DNA of 64,000 nucleotides from Patescibacteria group bacterium (GCA_019752595.1 JAIELV010000001.1:56486-120485), one strand, 5' to 3'. Counted from the stretch's first letter, positions 34,927 through 44,958 are shown. Notes: generated by a model not told the origin, from the letters alone. Numbers and translations: made by a program.

Positions 34927-36141
34927 CTAACTTAGCAGTCTGTCCGCTACTTTGTCCATCGGGATAACTTCTTCAGCTTCAGTTGCGAGTACTTTTAATG
35001 TCACCGTGCCCGCTGTTTTTTCTTTTTCTCCGTATCCTATGAAATAGGGAATGGAAAGTTTCACCGCGTGTTTTATGTGGTCGCCGATTTTCTCATGCTT
35101 CATACCTAAAGCGACATGCACGCCGTGAGCGCGGAGTTCGTCTGCAAACTGTGCTGCGCTTTCAGCATCTTCTGGTCTTACGGGCGCAATGTAGACGTGT
35201 GTTGCAGGCGGAAGTTTCGGCAAGAGGTTGTGTGTTTCAAGGAAGTCGCGCGCAATAACGTCGCCCATGGCAAATCCGACTGCAGGCACGTTGTCAGCCG
35301 CCTGCCTGCCGTCAGGCAGGTACTGCCCAATCAGATTGTCATATCGGCCACCACCGAACATAGCGCGCGGGTTTTCAGGGTTTGTGTCGAACACTTCAAA
35401 TACAAGGCCTGTGTAGTAGTCGAAACCACGAGCGATATTTGCATCAATAACAGCATTTTCGATACCGCGCTCCTGGAGTGCTTTCTTTAGTTTTGCAAAG
35501 TATTCAAAGTTCTTGGGTTCTGCGAGGGCATCAAGAACATCCTTTCGTACGTCTGCACCTTTATCTTTAGCGTCTAAAAGGCGCGTCATTGCCTGACGTT
35601 CTTCTTTTGGAATACCCACAGCGTCGTACACGGAATCTAGAAAACCGCGATTGCCGATTTTAATGACAAAATCTGCATCATCCGCACCCATCTCTTTCAT
35701 GACGCGATACGCGAGTGCAATCGATTCAATATCCGCCTCAATACCAGAAACACCAAAGAGATCAGCATTCAACTGCCAGAACTCGCGCAGTCGGCCACGC
35801 TGGGGTCGCTCATAGCGGAAGAAGTTTTGTATACAGTAGAGGCGAAGCGGGTATCCGAGCTCGCGTTTTCGGGCAGCCACCATGCGCGCCACGGTTGGCG
35901 TCATTTCGGGACGCAGAGTGACTGAACGGTCGCCACGGTCGGTGAATGTGTACGTCTGCTCGTTCACTATCTCTTCGCTTGTTTTTGAGAGGTAGAGTTC
36001 GGTTGATTCTAAAATCGATGCGTTGTATTCCTCGTAGCCGTAACTTTCAACAGCCCTCCGCATGGCGGAGAAAATGTGATTCTGTATGCGCTGGTCTTCG
36101 GGATAAAAATCTCGGACGCCTTTGTACGGTTCTATTTTCAT
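34927..36141 (-). CDS. hisS: histidine--tRNA ligase
   Basis: Class II aaRS motifs and HisRS-specific blocks (TLRPEMTPTVARMVA, GGGRYDNL). Compact 404-aa form. Confidence 0.95.
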   Translation of the reverse strand: MKIEPYKGVRDFYPEDQRIQNHIFSAMRRAVESYGYEEYNASILESTELYLSKTSEEIVNEQTYTFTDRGDRSVTLRPEMTPTVARMVAARKRELGYPLRLYCIQNFFRYERPQRGRLREFWQLNADLFGVSGIEADIESIALAYRVMKEMGADDADFVIKIGNRGFLDSVYDAVGIPKEERQAMTRLLDAKDKGADVRKDVLDALAEPKNFEYFAKLKKALQERGIENAVIDANIARGFDYYTGLVFEVFDTNPENPRAMFGGGRYDNLIGQYLPDGRQAADNVPAVGFAMGDVIARDFLETHNLLPKLPPATHVYIAPVRPEDAESAAQFADELRAHGVHVALGMKHEKIGDHIKHAVKLSIPYFIGYGEKEKTAGTVTLKVLATEAEEVIPMDKVADRLLS

Positions 36142-36707
36142 TAGTGAAGTGACGTTGACTGTGAGCCGAACAGCTTTGCTTTTTCAGCCTGTGCCTCGCG
36201 AATAACCTGCACCACATTATTCGGGTTCGGAACATCCTGAATAATAAATTCGCGTTTTGCTGCTGCAGTTTGCACTGTCACGTTTCCAAAGTTAAGGAAC
36301 GTACCGATGACGCTTAACGTCTGCGATTCAACGTCCTGAATATGATCCAGCGTAAGAATCGTAGCCACGCTTCTTTTAAACATGCCCGCTTGGTCAATAT
36401 CAACGATGCGCCAGTTGGTGATGACCCAAATGTCGTAGTAGAAATCCGTCCATTTCGTAAATAGGAAATTCCACATCAAGAGTGCCCACAGTGAGCCGAA
36501 AAAGAGCACCACCCCACCTGAAATTTCTGGAACTGAACCCGCATCAACCGCAAGCGACCAAAACAGAGGAATCATGAAGAAGGGGAGTAAGAAAAGCACC
36601 GCAATCCCGAACACTTCTCTCACGAGCACAAACCAGTGGTGCCGAATGACCGCAACCACGCGTTCGTGTTCTTTAAAGTCTCCGATGCCGAAAGGATTAA
36701 CCGCCAT
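36141..36707 (-). CDS. membrane protein with bacterial PH domain (bPH_2 / YdbS-like)
   Basis: Two TM helices followed by a PH-like domain. Stop overlaps the hisS start. Confidence 0.7.
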   Translation of the reverse strand: MAVNPFGIGDFKEHERVVAVIRHHWFVLVREVFGIAVLFLLPFFMIPLFWSLAVDAGSVPEISGGVVLFFGSLWALLMWNFLFTKWTDFYYDIWVITNWRIVDIDQAGMFKRSVATILTLDHIQDVESQTLSVIGTFLNFGNVTVQTAAAKREFIIQDVPNPNNVVQVIREAQAEKAKLFGSQSTSLH

Positions 36708-36765
36708 AATTTTGTTATGCCGAAGGCTTTAGAAAATTACTAGTACTCGTAGAGTGCGCCATATG

Positions 36766-37026
36766 TTATAGAGAACCGATACCTGAAAGCATTGCCCCGA
36801 TAAATACTAAAACACCGACGCCGTAGACAGGCATAGCAATGAAAGAGAGTGGATACATGTAGCCGAATCGAAGCCAGTGATAGAAGAGGCTAATAGCAAA
36901 ACCTGCGGTGACGATAAATCCAAACCAAAAGAAAATCCAGAGAATAAAGGGTCCTCCTTGGGCGACTGCCTCGGGGGGGAGTGTCTGCATCAGGTCGGAA
37001 GGCAGTGCAGAAGGTAGCTGTTCCAT
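36766..37026 (-). CDS. hypothetical small membrane protein
   Basis: ATG at 37026 (MEQLPS...). Two hydrophobic helices. The track ORF extends to a GTG at 37083, which would overlap prmC. Confidence 0.4.
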   Translation of the reverse strand: MEQLPSALPSDLMQTLPPEAVAQGGPFILWIFFWFGFIVTAGFAISLFYHWLRFGYMYPLSFIAMPVYGVGVLVFIGAMLSGIGSL

Positions 37027-37033
37027 TCCCGTA

Positions 37034-37777
37034 TTATGCCACAATCGAAAGCACGGAGTAGCGAAGTACCCCGTACTGATCACTCTTGTTTTGTACCGTA
37101 AAACCCGCCTCAGTGCCCATCGAGCGCAGTCGCTCGGCCTGTTCAGGTTCGTGCTCTATCCATAACACCCCCGCAGGTGAAAGGTGCGCTTTTGCTTCTG
37201 CAATTGTTTCTTCAATAAAATGGAATCCGTTGTCGTCTGCAAATAGCGCTGTGTGTGGCTCATGGAGAAGTACAGAGTTTTGGACTCGGCCCCTCAGTTC
37301 TTTTGCAATGTACGGAGGATTGGTAAGTATGAAATCGTAACTATCCTTAATGTTGCTCCAGACATCGGTTTCGATTACTCTTGCGCGAGCATGGTCGACT
37401 TCGTAAGTCGACCATGTGTCAATATTTTTCTGAATAGTTGGTATGTGCGCAGGGTCGATTTCTCCAAAATCAACATGCGCATGAGGCGCATGTTTAAGCA
37501 CCGCAACACCTATAGCACCAGAGCCTGCAAACAAATCCAAAACTTTCGCTTTTTCTTTCTGTTGTATTACTGCGAGCGCGTCTTCAACCCAGAACTCTGT
37601 CTCAGGGCGGGGAATGAGGGGGTGTGAGTCAAGGTAAATTCGGCAGTCAAGAAAAGGAACCCAACCAATGACGTACGCCAGTGGCTCCCCGTTTTTTAGG
37701 CGTACGCAATCGGTAAAAAACTCGGATGTTTCAACCTCGTTGTATTTTTCGCGAAGAAGGCGTTCTTCGTCGGTCAT
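37034..37777 (-). CDS. prmC: release factor glutamine N5-methyltransferase
   Basis: SAM-binding VLDLFAGSGAIG and the NPPY motif (ILTNPPYI). ATG at 37777; the track gives a TTG at 37798. Confidence 0.85.
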   Translation of the reverse strand: MTDEERLLREKYNEVETSEFFTDCVRLKNGEPLAYVIGWVPFLDCRIYLDSHPLIPRPETEFWVEDALAVIQQKEKAKVLDLFAGSGAIGVAVLKHAPHAHVDFGEIDPAHIPTIQKNIDTWSTYEVDHARARVIETDVWSNIKDSYDFILTNPPYIAKELRGRVQNSVLLHEPHTALFADDNGFHFIEETIAEAKAHLSPAGVLWIEHEPEQAERLRSMGTEAGFTVQNKSDQYGVLRYSVLSIVA

Positions 37778-37778
37778 T

Positions 37779-38081
37779 TCACTGTACTTGTAGGTCAAAA
37801 TCTGGGATGTCGTTTTCTATGCGTTCCCAACCGTCAGGCACACTGCAGGTGGTAGGAAACTCCTGAATGTCGCCTGTTTCGGGATTTCGCGCAGGAGTAA
37901 TGACTTGTGCGCAAAATTCTCCCTCGTCGGCTTTTTTTAGCGGTTCAGTTTTCGTCGTGGTAGTTTTCATACTGTTCCCGACGAACGTTGCTATGTGCGC
38001 GATGTACTGATGTGAAAACCAACCGATTGCGATAAAGACAATTGCAAACAGTAACCATTTCAGTCCGCCGTGGTGCTTCAT
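37779..38081 (-). CDS. hypothetical protein with N-terminal TM anchor
   Basis: 100 aa. No motif recognised. Confidence 0.4.
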   Translation of the reverse strand: MKHHGGLKWLLFAIVFIAIGWFSHQYIAHIATFVGNSMKTTTTKTEPLKKADEGEFCAQVITPARNPETGDIQEFPTTCSVPDGWERIENDIPDFDLQVQ

Positions 38082-38095
38082 ACCTCTTTATTTTA

Positions 38096-38842
38096 TCACT
38101 TCTTATTCTGACGGATCAGGCGTCGCGCGCTTTCAAGCTCCTCCTGTGTGTTTACTTCCACGTGTTCGAAATTGCCAATGCCAACCACAATATCGTATCC
38201 ATTTTCGAGCGCACGTAGTTGTTCCAAATTTTCTGTAAGTTCAAGCGGTGTACGTTTCAGTTGTGCATACGCCGAAAGGAAGTTGGTGCGGTATCCGTAG
38301 AGACCAAAATGTTTGTAAATCGGAGTCGCTGTTTTCTCGCGCTTGAAGGGAATGCAGGAACGGGAAAAATAAAGCGCGTTGCCGTCTCCTTTGAGTGCAA
38401 CTTTGACGATGTTTGGGTCATTCAGTTCGTGCGCTTCTTTGATAGGAGCGGCAACAGTAGACATCACATTCAGTTTGTTTTTTCTCAGCAGTGTGACCAC
38501 CATGTCGATTGCTCTCGGGGGAACCAACGGTTCGTCACCTTGAATATTGAGTACCATCGTTGGTTTAAATTTTTTAAAACGCTTCACAGCTTCCGCTACG
38601 CGATCACTCCCCGTTTTTATATTTTTTGGCGTCATGATGACGTCGGCCCCGTAGGGGAGCAGGGCATCACGGATTTCTTTCGAATCCGTTGCAATTACCA
38701 CATGATCCACAGATTTTGCTTTCAGTGCCTGTTTCCACGTATGCCATACGAGCGGTTTCCCGCCGATGTCCGCCAGCATTTTTCGTTTGAGACGCGTCGA
38801 GCCGAGGCGGGCAGGAATAACTCCCAGGACTATATCTTTCAT
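38096..38842 (-). CDS. kdsB: 3-deoxy-manno-octulosonate cytidylyltransferase (CMP-Kdo synthetase) family
   Basis: GVIPARLGSTRLKRKMLADIGGKPL and NIQGDEPLV motifs. ATG at 38842. Confidence 0.8.
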   Translation of the reverse strand: MKDIVLGVIPARLGSTRLKRKMLADIGGKPLVWHTWKQALKAKSVDHVVIATDSKEIRDALLPYGADVIMTPKNIKTGSDRVAEAVKRFKKFKPTMVLNIQGDEPLVPPRAIDMVVTLLRKNKLNVMSTVAAPIKEAHELNDPNIVKVALKGDGNALYFSRSCIPFKREKTATPIYKHFGLYGYRTNFLSAYAQLKRTPLELTENLEQLRALENGYDIVVGIGNFEHVEVNTQEELESARRLIRQNKK

Positions 38843-38931
38843 GTAAGAACTGTACCGCACGATACTTAACCTGTCATTTCAAAGAGGTTTCAGAAATTGC
38901 AAATTTATAAATATATGTTATAATATAAAAT

Positions 38932-39219
38932 ATGTCCAAAGAGCTTTTGCGGCTAGCGAATGGTGCAAAGATATTTGAATACCACGCTGAACTTTCATCT
39001 GAAGAAATAGTGCTCCATTTACATTTTGATCAGGCAGTAGCACCTGAAGATTTAGTAGTGCCCGCTCTTGTGGAGCCGATTCAAAATATGTTTAGAAAAG
39101 CCATGACAGATGCAGGATGGGCGTCCGAAGAAACAACCGCACTTACTTTTACTTTAACCGCAGATGCTTTCGATGATTTCAAGAGATGGAAGTTAACTGC
39201 AACGCTTACTGAGAAATAA
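38932..39219 (+). CDS. hypothetical protein
   Basis: 95 aa. TATAAT lies 6 nt upstream of the ATG. Followed by a terminator. Confidence 0.4.
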   Translation: MSKELLRLANGAKIFEYHAELSSEEIVLHLHFDQAVAPEDLVVPALVEPIQNMFRKAMTDAGWASEETTALTFTLTADAFDDFKRWKLTATLTEK

Positions 39220-39251
39220 AAAAACCCGCGCTCGGAATGCGCGGGTTTTTC
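39217..39251. terminator. bidirectional intrinsic terminator
   Basis: A7-cccgcgc-tcggaat-gcgcggg-T5 hairpin between convergent genes. Confidence 0.7.
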
Positions 39252-39276
39252 AGTTTCTCTAAAGAGAAATAGAGGA

Positions 39277-39627
39277 CTACCAGCTCTGGCGTGAACCGCC
39301 ACCGAAACCGCCTCCGCGGTTGCCGCCTCCGCGGTTTCCACCGCCAAAGCCACCGCGACCGCCTGCGCCACCGCCGTTTTCCTGAGGACGAGCCTCTGAA
39401 ACGCGAACAACGCGACCGTCTAGTTCTTTACCGTCAAGCCCAGCAACGACAGCATCTGCCTCTTCGTCGGTCGACATTTCCACGAATCCGAATCCGCGTG
39501 AGCGGCCGGTTTCGCGGTCCATTATCACCTTTGCAGATGTAACAGTGCCGAACGGAGCGACTGCTGCTTGTAATGTGTCATCAGTGGTCGCGTACGCGAG
39601 GCCACCGAAATATAGCTTCTTTGCCAT
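39277..39627 (-). CDS. RRM-type RNA-binding protein with RGG/Gly-rich tail
   Basis: RNP2 LYFGGL and RNP1 RGFGFVEM motifs. The C-terminus is GGGAGGRGGFGGGNRGGGNRGGGFGGG. Confidence 0.85.
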   Translation of the reverse strand: MAKKLYFGGLAYATTDDTLQAAVAPFGTVTSAKVIMDRETGRSRGFGFVEMSTDEEADAVVAGLDGKELDGRVVRVSEARPQENGGGAGGRGGFGGGNRGGGNRGGGFGGGSRQSW

Positions 39628-39796
39628 TTGTTTTTCTACTATCTAATTAATTGCGAGCTTGACCTGGTCGGTTACCTTGACGTGCGTCTTCCGTAGACGC
39701 TTTGTGGGGAAACTTACAAAATCTTACTCTTACGTGAAGAGTACCACGATTAGGGGATTCCGCAACCCGCTCACCACTGGTGGGGATTACCTCTTT

Positions 39797-40405
39797 TTAA
39801 CGATTCTTACGCTTTTTTAAAAATTCCATCGCAAGCGGAATGAGCGATGCGACAACAATCGCAATCACTATAGGAATGATGTACTGGTCAATGTCAGGTA
39901 CAAAGGTCCCGAGGTAGTATCCGAGAAGCGGAAGGAGCGTTGCCCACAGTACGCCTCCGATAATGTTGTACTTCAAGAATGTGTCATAGTGCATTCCTGC
40001 AACTCCCGCAATAATCGGCGTGAATGTTCTCACCGCAGGAATAAAGCGAGCGAGAATAATTGATTTTGCTCCGTGTTTTTCAAAAAATGCGTGGGCTTGG
40101 TGGACGCGTTCTTGTGAAAACCAAAATGAATCAGGACGTTTAAAAATCATTGGACCAATTTTTTTCCCAAACCAATACCCAACAGAATCACCCGCGATTG
40201 CTGCAATGGTAGTCAGGGTTACCAGGAGCCATATATTAAAGAGTCCCTGCGAAGCTAAAAACCCCGCCGTGAAAAGCAGGGAATCGCCAGGAAGAAAGAA
40301 GCCAAAGAAAAGTCCAGATTCCGCAAATATAATTCCTGCGATACCAACATAGCCCGCTGCTCGGATAAGTTCTTCGAGGTTAAAAAGATGAAGGAAGTTT
40401 TCCAT
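39797..40405 (-). CDS. DedA-family membrane protein
   Basis: GLFFGFFLPGDSLLFTAGFLA DedA signature. Confidence 0.85.
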   Translation of the reverse strand: MENFLHLFNLEELIRAAGYVGIAGIIFAESGLFFGFFLPGDSLLFTAGFLASQGLFNIWLLVTLTTIAAIAGDSVGYWFGKKIGPMIFKRPDSFWFSQERVHQAHAFFEKHGAKSIILARFIPAVRTFTPIIAGVAGMHYDTFLKYNIIGGVLWATLLPLLGYYLGTFVPDIDQYIIPIVIAIVVASLIPLAMEFLKKRKNR

Positions 40406-40416
40406 GGAGCATTACA

Positions 40417-41193
40417 TCACTGACGGAGCCCTAAGCCAGTTTTAATCATATACCAGTTTATGCCGACTAGAATCGCAGTTAGAGCGAGAAGGACCGCGAC
40501 ACTCAATCCCAAAGAAACATCAGTGATACCGAGGAAGCCGTATCGAAAACCGTTGATGAGATAAAAAATCGGATTCAAAAATGTAAGTGAACGCCAAAGC
40601 TCTGGGAGCATTGATACTGAATAGAAAACGCCACCGAGGTATACAAGAGGGGTCAGGACGAACGTTGGAACGATAGTGATCCCGTCAAAGTTTTTTGCAT
40701 AAATACCATTGATGAGGCCTGCGAGAGAAAAAATCATGGACGAAAGTACCAGGAAGAGAATAAGGACTCCAGGGTGTTCCAGTGGTGGAAGAGCGAAGAA
40801 TAGTGACACCAGTATGACCAGTGCACCCGTTATAATTCCGCGCACCATACCTCCCGCCACATAGCCTGCAATCAGAAGCCATGGTGGCGTAGGGGAGACG
40901 AGAATTTCATCAATGTTTCGGGAGAAGAATTTTCCCGTAAAGAATGTGAATGCGACATTCGAGAATGAGTTAGTGACGACCGCAAGCATCACGAGGCCTG
41001 GAATGATGAAGTGAATGTAGGAAAATTCTCCAAAATCCTGAATGCGGTCACCAATGATTGCTCCGAATACGAGGAAGTACAAAACGGACGTTACGACCGA
41101 TGGCAAGAATGTCTGACTCCACACGCGAAACTGCCTGATGGTGTCCTTGCGAACTATTGTATAAAAGGAAATCCAAAGTTTTTCGAGAGGCAT
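40417..41193 (-). CDS. ABC-2 type transporter permease
   Basis: Six TM segments typical of ABC-2 exporters. Adjacent to the ATPase. Confidence 0.8.
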   Translation of the reverse strand: MPLEKLWISFYTIVRKDTIRQFRVWSQTFLPSVVTSVLYFLVFGAIIGDRIQDFGEFSYIHFIIPGLVMLAVVTNSFSNVAFTFFTGKFFSRNIDEILVSPTPPWLLIAGYVAGGMVRGIITGALVILVSLFFALPPLEHPGVLILFLVLSSMIFSLAGLINGIYAKNFDGITIVPTFVLTPLVYLGGVFYSVSMLPELWRSLTFLNPIFYLINGFRYGFLGITDVSLGLSVAVLLALTAILVGINWYMIKTGLGLRQ

Positions 41194-41198
41194 ATGTT

Positions 41199-41960
41199 TT
41201 ATGACTGACTGGTGAGCGCTAGGAATATTGATTCCAACTTTCCCGCTTTATATTTTCCGTGGTCTTTTTCTTGGTATGTGGCGAGTATTTCGTCCATGGT
41301 TCCTTCGGCCACTATCGCGCCCTTGTTCACAATTGCTACATGTTTTGCCAGCTGCTCCGCTTCTTCAAGATAGTGCGTCGTCAAAAGTATAGTCGTTCCT
41401 CCTCTCGTCAGATTCTGCAGATAGTCCCACATCGAACGTCGAAGTTCTACGTCAACCCCCGCAGTCGGTTCATCAAGAATTAGAAACTTCGGTTGATGTA
41501 CGAGTGCGCGCGCAATCATAAGCCGTCGCTTCATACCGCCCGAAAGTTGCATAGCGTTTTTGTCTTTCTTGTCCCACAGTCCCAAATCCTTAAGTAGTTG
41601 CTCTGTGCGCGGGATGGCAACTGAGCGGGGGATACCATAATACCCAGCTTGGTTTACGACGATGTCCATAGGCTTTTCAAACGGATTGAAGTTTACTTCC
41701 TGACCCACAAGACCTATGTATGCTTTCGCTTCTTCTAGTTCTGTGTCAATGTCGTGCCCGAATACTTTTACCTTCCCGTTCGTTTTGTTGACGAGCGAGG
41801 TAATGATGCCAATAAGGGTTGTCTTGCCTGCGCCGTTTGGACCCAACAGAGCAAAAAAATCACCCTGGGGAACAGTGAGCGTTACTCCTTTGAGGGCGTG
41901 CGTACCGCCAGTGTATGTTTTTTCGACGTTCTTTACTTCAAGTGCGGGAGTATTTTGCAT
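41199..41960 (-). CDS. ABC transporter ATP-binding protein
   Basis: Walker A GPNGAGKTT, signature LSGGMKRR and Walker B ILDEPTAGVD. ATG at 41960 preferred; the track extends to 41987. Confidence 0.9.
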   Translation of the reverse strand: MQNTPALEVKNVEKTYTGGTHALKGVTLTVPQGDFFALLGPNGAGKTTLIGIITSLVNKTNGKVKVFGHDIDTELEEAKAYIGLVGQEVNFNPFEKPMDIVVNQAGYYGIPRSVAIPRTEQLLKDLGLWDKKDKNAMQLSGGMKRRLMIARALVHQPKFLILDEPTAGVDVELRRSMWDYLQNLTRGGTTILLTTHYLEEAEQLAKHVAIVNKGAIVAEGTMDEILATYQEKDHGKYKAGKLESIFLALTSQS

Positions 41961-41987
41961 AACGGAGTTCAGGGTATCATAACGCAT

Positions 41988-42902
41988 ATGGATTCAATAC
42001 AACTGACGGCTACGGGAAGTACTGATTACGAACTTCTTGATTCAGGTGAAGAGGAGAAGTTAGAGCGTTTCGGCGCGTACATATTGCGCCGCCCCGACCC
42101 GCAGGCTTTGTGGAATAAAAAATTACCCGCTTCCGACTGGAAAAAAGCGGACGCGTGGTTTGAGCGCGAAGGAAAGCAGGGGAAGTGGCACATGAAAAAA
42201 GATATGGAAGAAGAGTGGCAGATAACCTATGGAGGTTTGCAATTTCTGATTCGACCAACTTCGTTTAAACACACAGGGCTTTTCCCCGAGCAAGCACCTA
42301 ACTGGGATTGGTCTCATTCTATAATTCTCGAGAATTATAGAATGAATCCGGAGAGGTCGGTAAAGGTTCTAAATCTTTTTGCGTACACCGGGGGGGCAAC
42401 ATTGGCGGCGGCACAGGCGGGCGCGGAAGTGGTGCATCTTGATGCGTCAAAAGTTGCCGTGACGTGGGGAAAGCAGAATGCCGAAGCATCAGGACTTCAG
42501 AATGCTCCCGTACGATGGATAGTGGATGATGCGATGCAATTTGTGAATCGCGAATTGAAACGCGGGAATATGTACGATGCAATTATTATGGACCCGCCCG
42601 CATTCGGGCATGGACCGAAAGATGAGCTCTGGAAGATAGAAGAAAATTTCCTTACGTTTGTTTCGTCCTGCAAGAAATTACTTTCAGATACACCGCTCTT
42701 TTTTCTCATCAACGGATACGCAGCAGGGTATTCGCATCACGCATTTCGTTACAATCTTGAGTCTCTTGTTTCGGAATACGGCGGGAACGTGGAGTCAGGA
42801 GAGCTGACTATCGAAGAGTCAAAAGCAGGCTCGCCCGCCGAAGCTTTAGCGAAGGAGGCACGTGTCTTGCCTGCAGGTATTTACGCGCGTTGGTCGAATT
42901 GA
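41988..42902 (+). CDS. SAM-dependent rRNA methyltransferase (RlmI/RlmK-like)
   Basis: LNLFAYTGGATLAAAQAGAEVVHLD SAM-binding motif and the DAIIMDPPAFG motif. The track ORF from 41754 is an antisense read-through over the ABC gene. Confidence 0.7.
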   Translation: MDSIQLTATGSTDYELLDSGEEEKLERFGAYILRRPDPQALWNKKLPASDWKKADAWFEREGKQGKWHMKKDMEEEWQITYGGLQFLIRPTSFKHTGLFPEQAPNWDWSHSIILENYRMNPERSVKVLNLFAYTGGATLAAAQAGAEVVHLDASKVAVTWGKQNAEASGLQNAPVRWIVDDAMQFVNRELKRGNMYDAIIMDPPAFGHGPKDELWKIEENFLTFVSSCKKLLSDTPLFFLINGYAAGYSHHAFRYNLESLVSEYGGNVESGELTIEESKAGSPAEALAKEARVLPAGIYARWSN

Positions 42903-42903
42903 A

Positions 42904-43203
42904 TCAGCTCGTCGTTTCGTCCTTCGGTTTTGCTATAGGGACGACACGAACAAGCGCTTCGTCAGACTCAATCAGTGCCTTTAAAAGAAACGCACCTCCG
43001 TTTCGTAAATCTTGTGCACGGTCCCACAGTCCGTTTGCTGCAGCTTCTCCCAACTGTTTTGCTTCAGCCTCGAGCGCGGCAATTCGTATATTTACCGCAC
43101 CTATAGCACCCAAGGTCTGCACGTTGTGTCTTCGCCACTTAAAACCGTTTCTAGTGAGCTCTGCGCGGCGCGTATCGTCAATAATTATTTTTTCAAATGC
43201 CAT
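42904..43203 (-). CDS. hypothetical protein, possibly four-helix-bundle (23S rRNA IVS-type) family
   Basis: MAFEKIII start, and AIGAVNIRIAALEAEAK / FLLKALIE blocks that weakly resemble the family consensus. Confidence 0.35.
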   Translation of the reverse strand: MAFEKIIIDDTRRAELTRNGFKWRRHNVQTLGAIGAVNIRIAALEAEAKQLGEAAANGLWDRAQDLRNGGAFLLKALIESDEALVRVVPIAKPKDETTS

Positions 43204-43317
43204 AGATGATTCAAAAATAGTAAGTAGTCCAATCCCATTCCTGTGTTTACGGTGTGTCAATACGACACAAAAATCGTAAGTGACAAGAGTATCGCTTTCA
43301 GCTATACTCGGGTTTCT

Positions 43318-44958
43318 ATGAAGGCGTCCGATTTGTTCGTCATTGCCCTTGAGGAGGAAGGGGTGAAATACATGTTCGGCGTGCCAGGCGAGGAAAACCT
43401 CGACCTTTTGGAGTCACTCCGCACATCTACTATTAAGTTCATTACCACACGCGACGAACGTTCCGCAGGTTTTATGGCGGCGACTGTCGGGAGGCTTACA
43501 GGCAAGGCTGGTGTCGCGCTCTCCACGTTGGGTCCTGGCGCAACGAACTTTGTAACTGCAACTGCGTACGCCCAGCTCGGTGCGATGCCAGCAGTTTTCA
43601 TTACAGGACAAAAACCAATCACGAAATCGCGCCAAGGCTCGTTCCAAATCATCGACACGAATGATTTATTCCTTCCGATTACGAAACTTACGAAACAGGT
43701 GAAAAGCGTGAATACGATTCCTTCAATAGTGAGGGAAACTTTTAGACGTGTGGAGGAAGAACGACCAGGCGCAGCACATATTGAACTCCCCGAAGACATT
43801 GCCGCGCAAATGGGTGAGGCGCGTATATTCCCCGTAACCGAAGTCAGAAGGCCACTGGCCGAGGAGAAAGCGATTAGAAAAGCGGTAGTCATGCTTATGG
43901 AAGCAAAGCGTCCGTTGATTCTGGTTGGTGCTGGTGCAAACAGAAATCGAACGGCGCGAATGCTCACAGGGTTAGTGGAGAAAACAGGCATCCCATTTTT
44001 CAACACGCAGATGGGAAAAGGGGTTATTGATGAGCATCATGCGCAGTATTTGGGAACGGCTGCGCTTTCAGCAGATGACTATATTCACTGTGCGATTGAT
44101 CGTGCCGATTTGGTAATCAATTTCGGACACGACATTGTAGAGAAACCACCCTTCATCATGAAGCGAAACAGCGCAAAGGTGATTCATGTAAACTTTCTTC
44201 CCGCACAGGTGGACGATGTGTACGCACCTGACCTTGAAGTCGTGGGCGATATCGCAAACGCCGCATGGCAGATATCCGAACAGCTTTCCCCGCAGTCGCA
44301 CTGGGATTTTGAACCTTTCTATAAAGTAAAGCGTGCGCTTGAAGAGGAAATTGCAACGGACTCAGCGAAGGAGGGCTTCCCGCTCATACCACAAAGAATC
44401 GTACGCGAAGTAGGAGAGGGGGTTACGAAAGATGGAATTATTTCTCTCGACAACGGCATGTACAAAATATGGTTTGCGAGAAATCATAAAGTCTCGTACC
44501 CGAACACGCTTCTTTTGGATAACGCACTTGCAACGATGGGTGCAGGTTTGCCGTCTGCGATGGCAGCAAAATTACTTCATTCTGAAAAGCAGGTGGTAGC
44601 GGTGGTGGGCGACGGAGGTTTAATGATGACGGTTGGAGAATTAGAAACCGCCAAACGCCTGAACCTCGATTTGACGGTCGTTGTGTTAAACGACAACGGC
44701 TACGGAATGATTAAGTGGAAACAGGAAGCTGAAGGTTTCAAGGATTACGGCCTTTCATTTTCCAATCCTGACTTTATTCAGCTTGCGGAAAGCTTTGGCA
44801 TGAAAGGGCATCGGGTGACGAAGGCGGGGGAATTGACCGCACTTCTAAGAAAAGCGCATGAGGAAAAGGGCTTACATTTGATTGAAGTGCCGATAGATTA
44901 TACTGAGAACGACAGAGTATTCACCAAAGGTTTGAAAACGTTGGTGTGTCCTGTCTAA
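43318..44958 (+). CDS. thiamine-diphosphate enzyme of the acetolactate synthase / 2-ketoacid decarboxylase family
   Basis: N-terminal Pyr domain (FGVPGEENLDLLESL) and a C-terminal TPP motif GDGG...x24...NDNGYGMI. ATG at 43318. Confidence 0.85.
   Translation: MKASDLFVIALEEEGVKYMFGVPGEENLDLLESLRTSTIKFITTRDERSAGFMAATVGRLTGKAGVALSTLGPGATNFVTATAYAQLGAMPAVFITGQKPITKSRQGSFQIIDTNDLFLPITKLTKQVKSVNTIPSIVRETFRRVEEERPGAAHIELPEDIAAQMGEARIFPVTEVRRPLAEEKAIRKAVVMLMEAKRPLILVGAGANRNRTARMLTGLVEKTGIPFFNTQMGKGVIDEHHAQYLGTAALSADDYIHCAIDRADLVINFGHDIVEKPPFIMKRNSAKVIHVNFLPAQVDDVYAPDLEVVGDIANAAWQISEQLSPQSHWDFEPFYKVKRALEEEIATDSAKEGFPLIPQRIVREVGEGVTKDGIISLDNGMYKIWFARNHKVSYPNTLLLDNALATMGAGLPSAMAAKLLHSEKQVVAVVGDGGLMMTVGELETAKRLNLDLTVVVLNDNGYGMIKWKQEAEGFKDYGLSFSNPDFIQLAESFGMKGHRVTKAGELTALLRKAHEEKGLHLIEVPIDYTENDRVFTKGLKTLVCPV

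Noticed and set aside
41754-41987. N-terminal 78-aa extension of the methyltransferase ORF in the supplied track
   Set aside because: The extension lies antisense over the ABC ATPase coding region and is not methyltransferase-like. The family N-terminus begins at the ATG at 41988.
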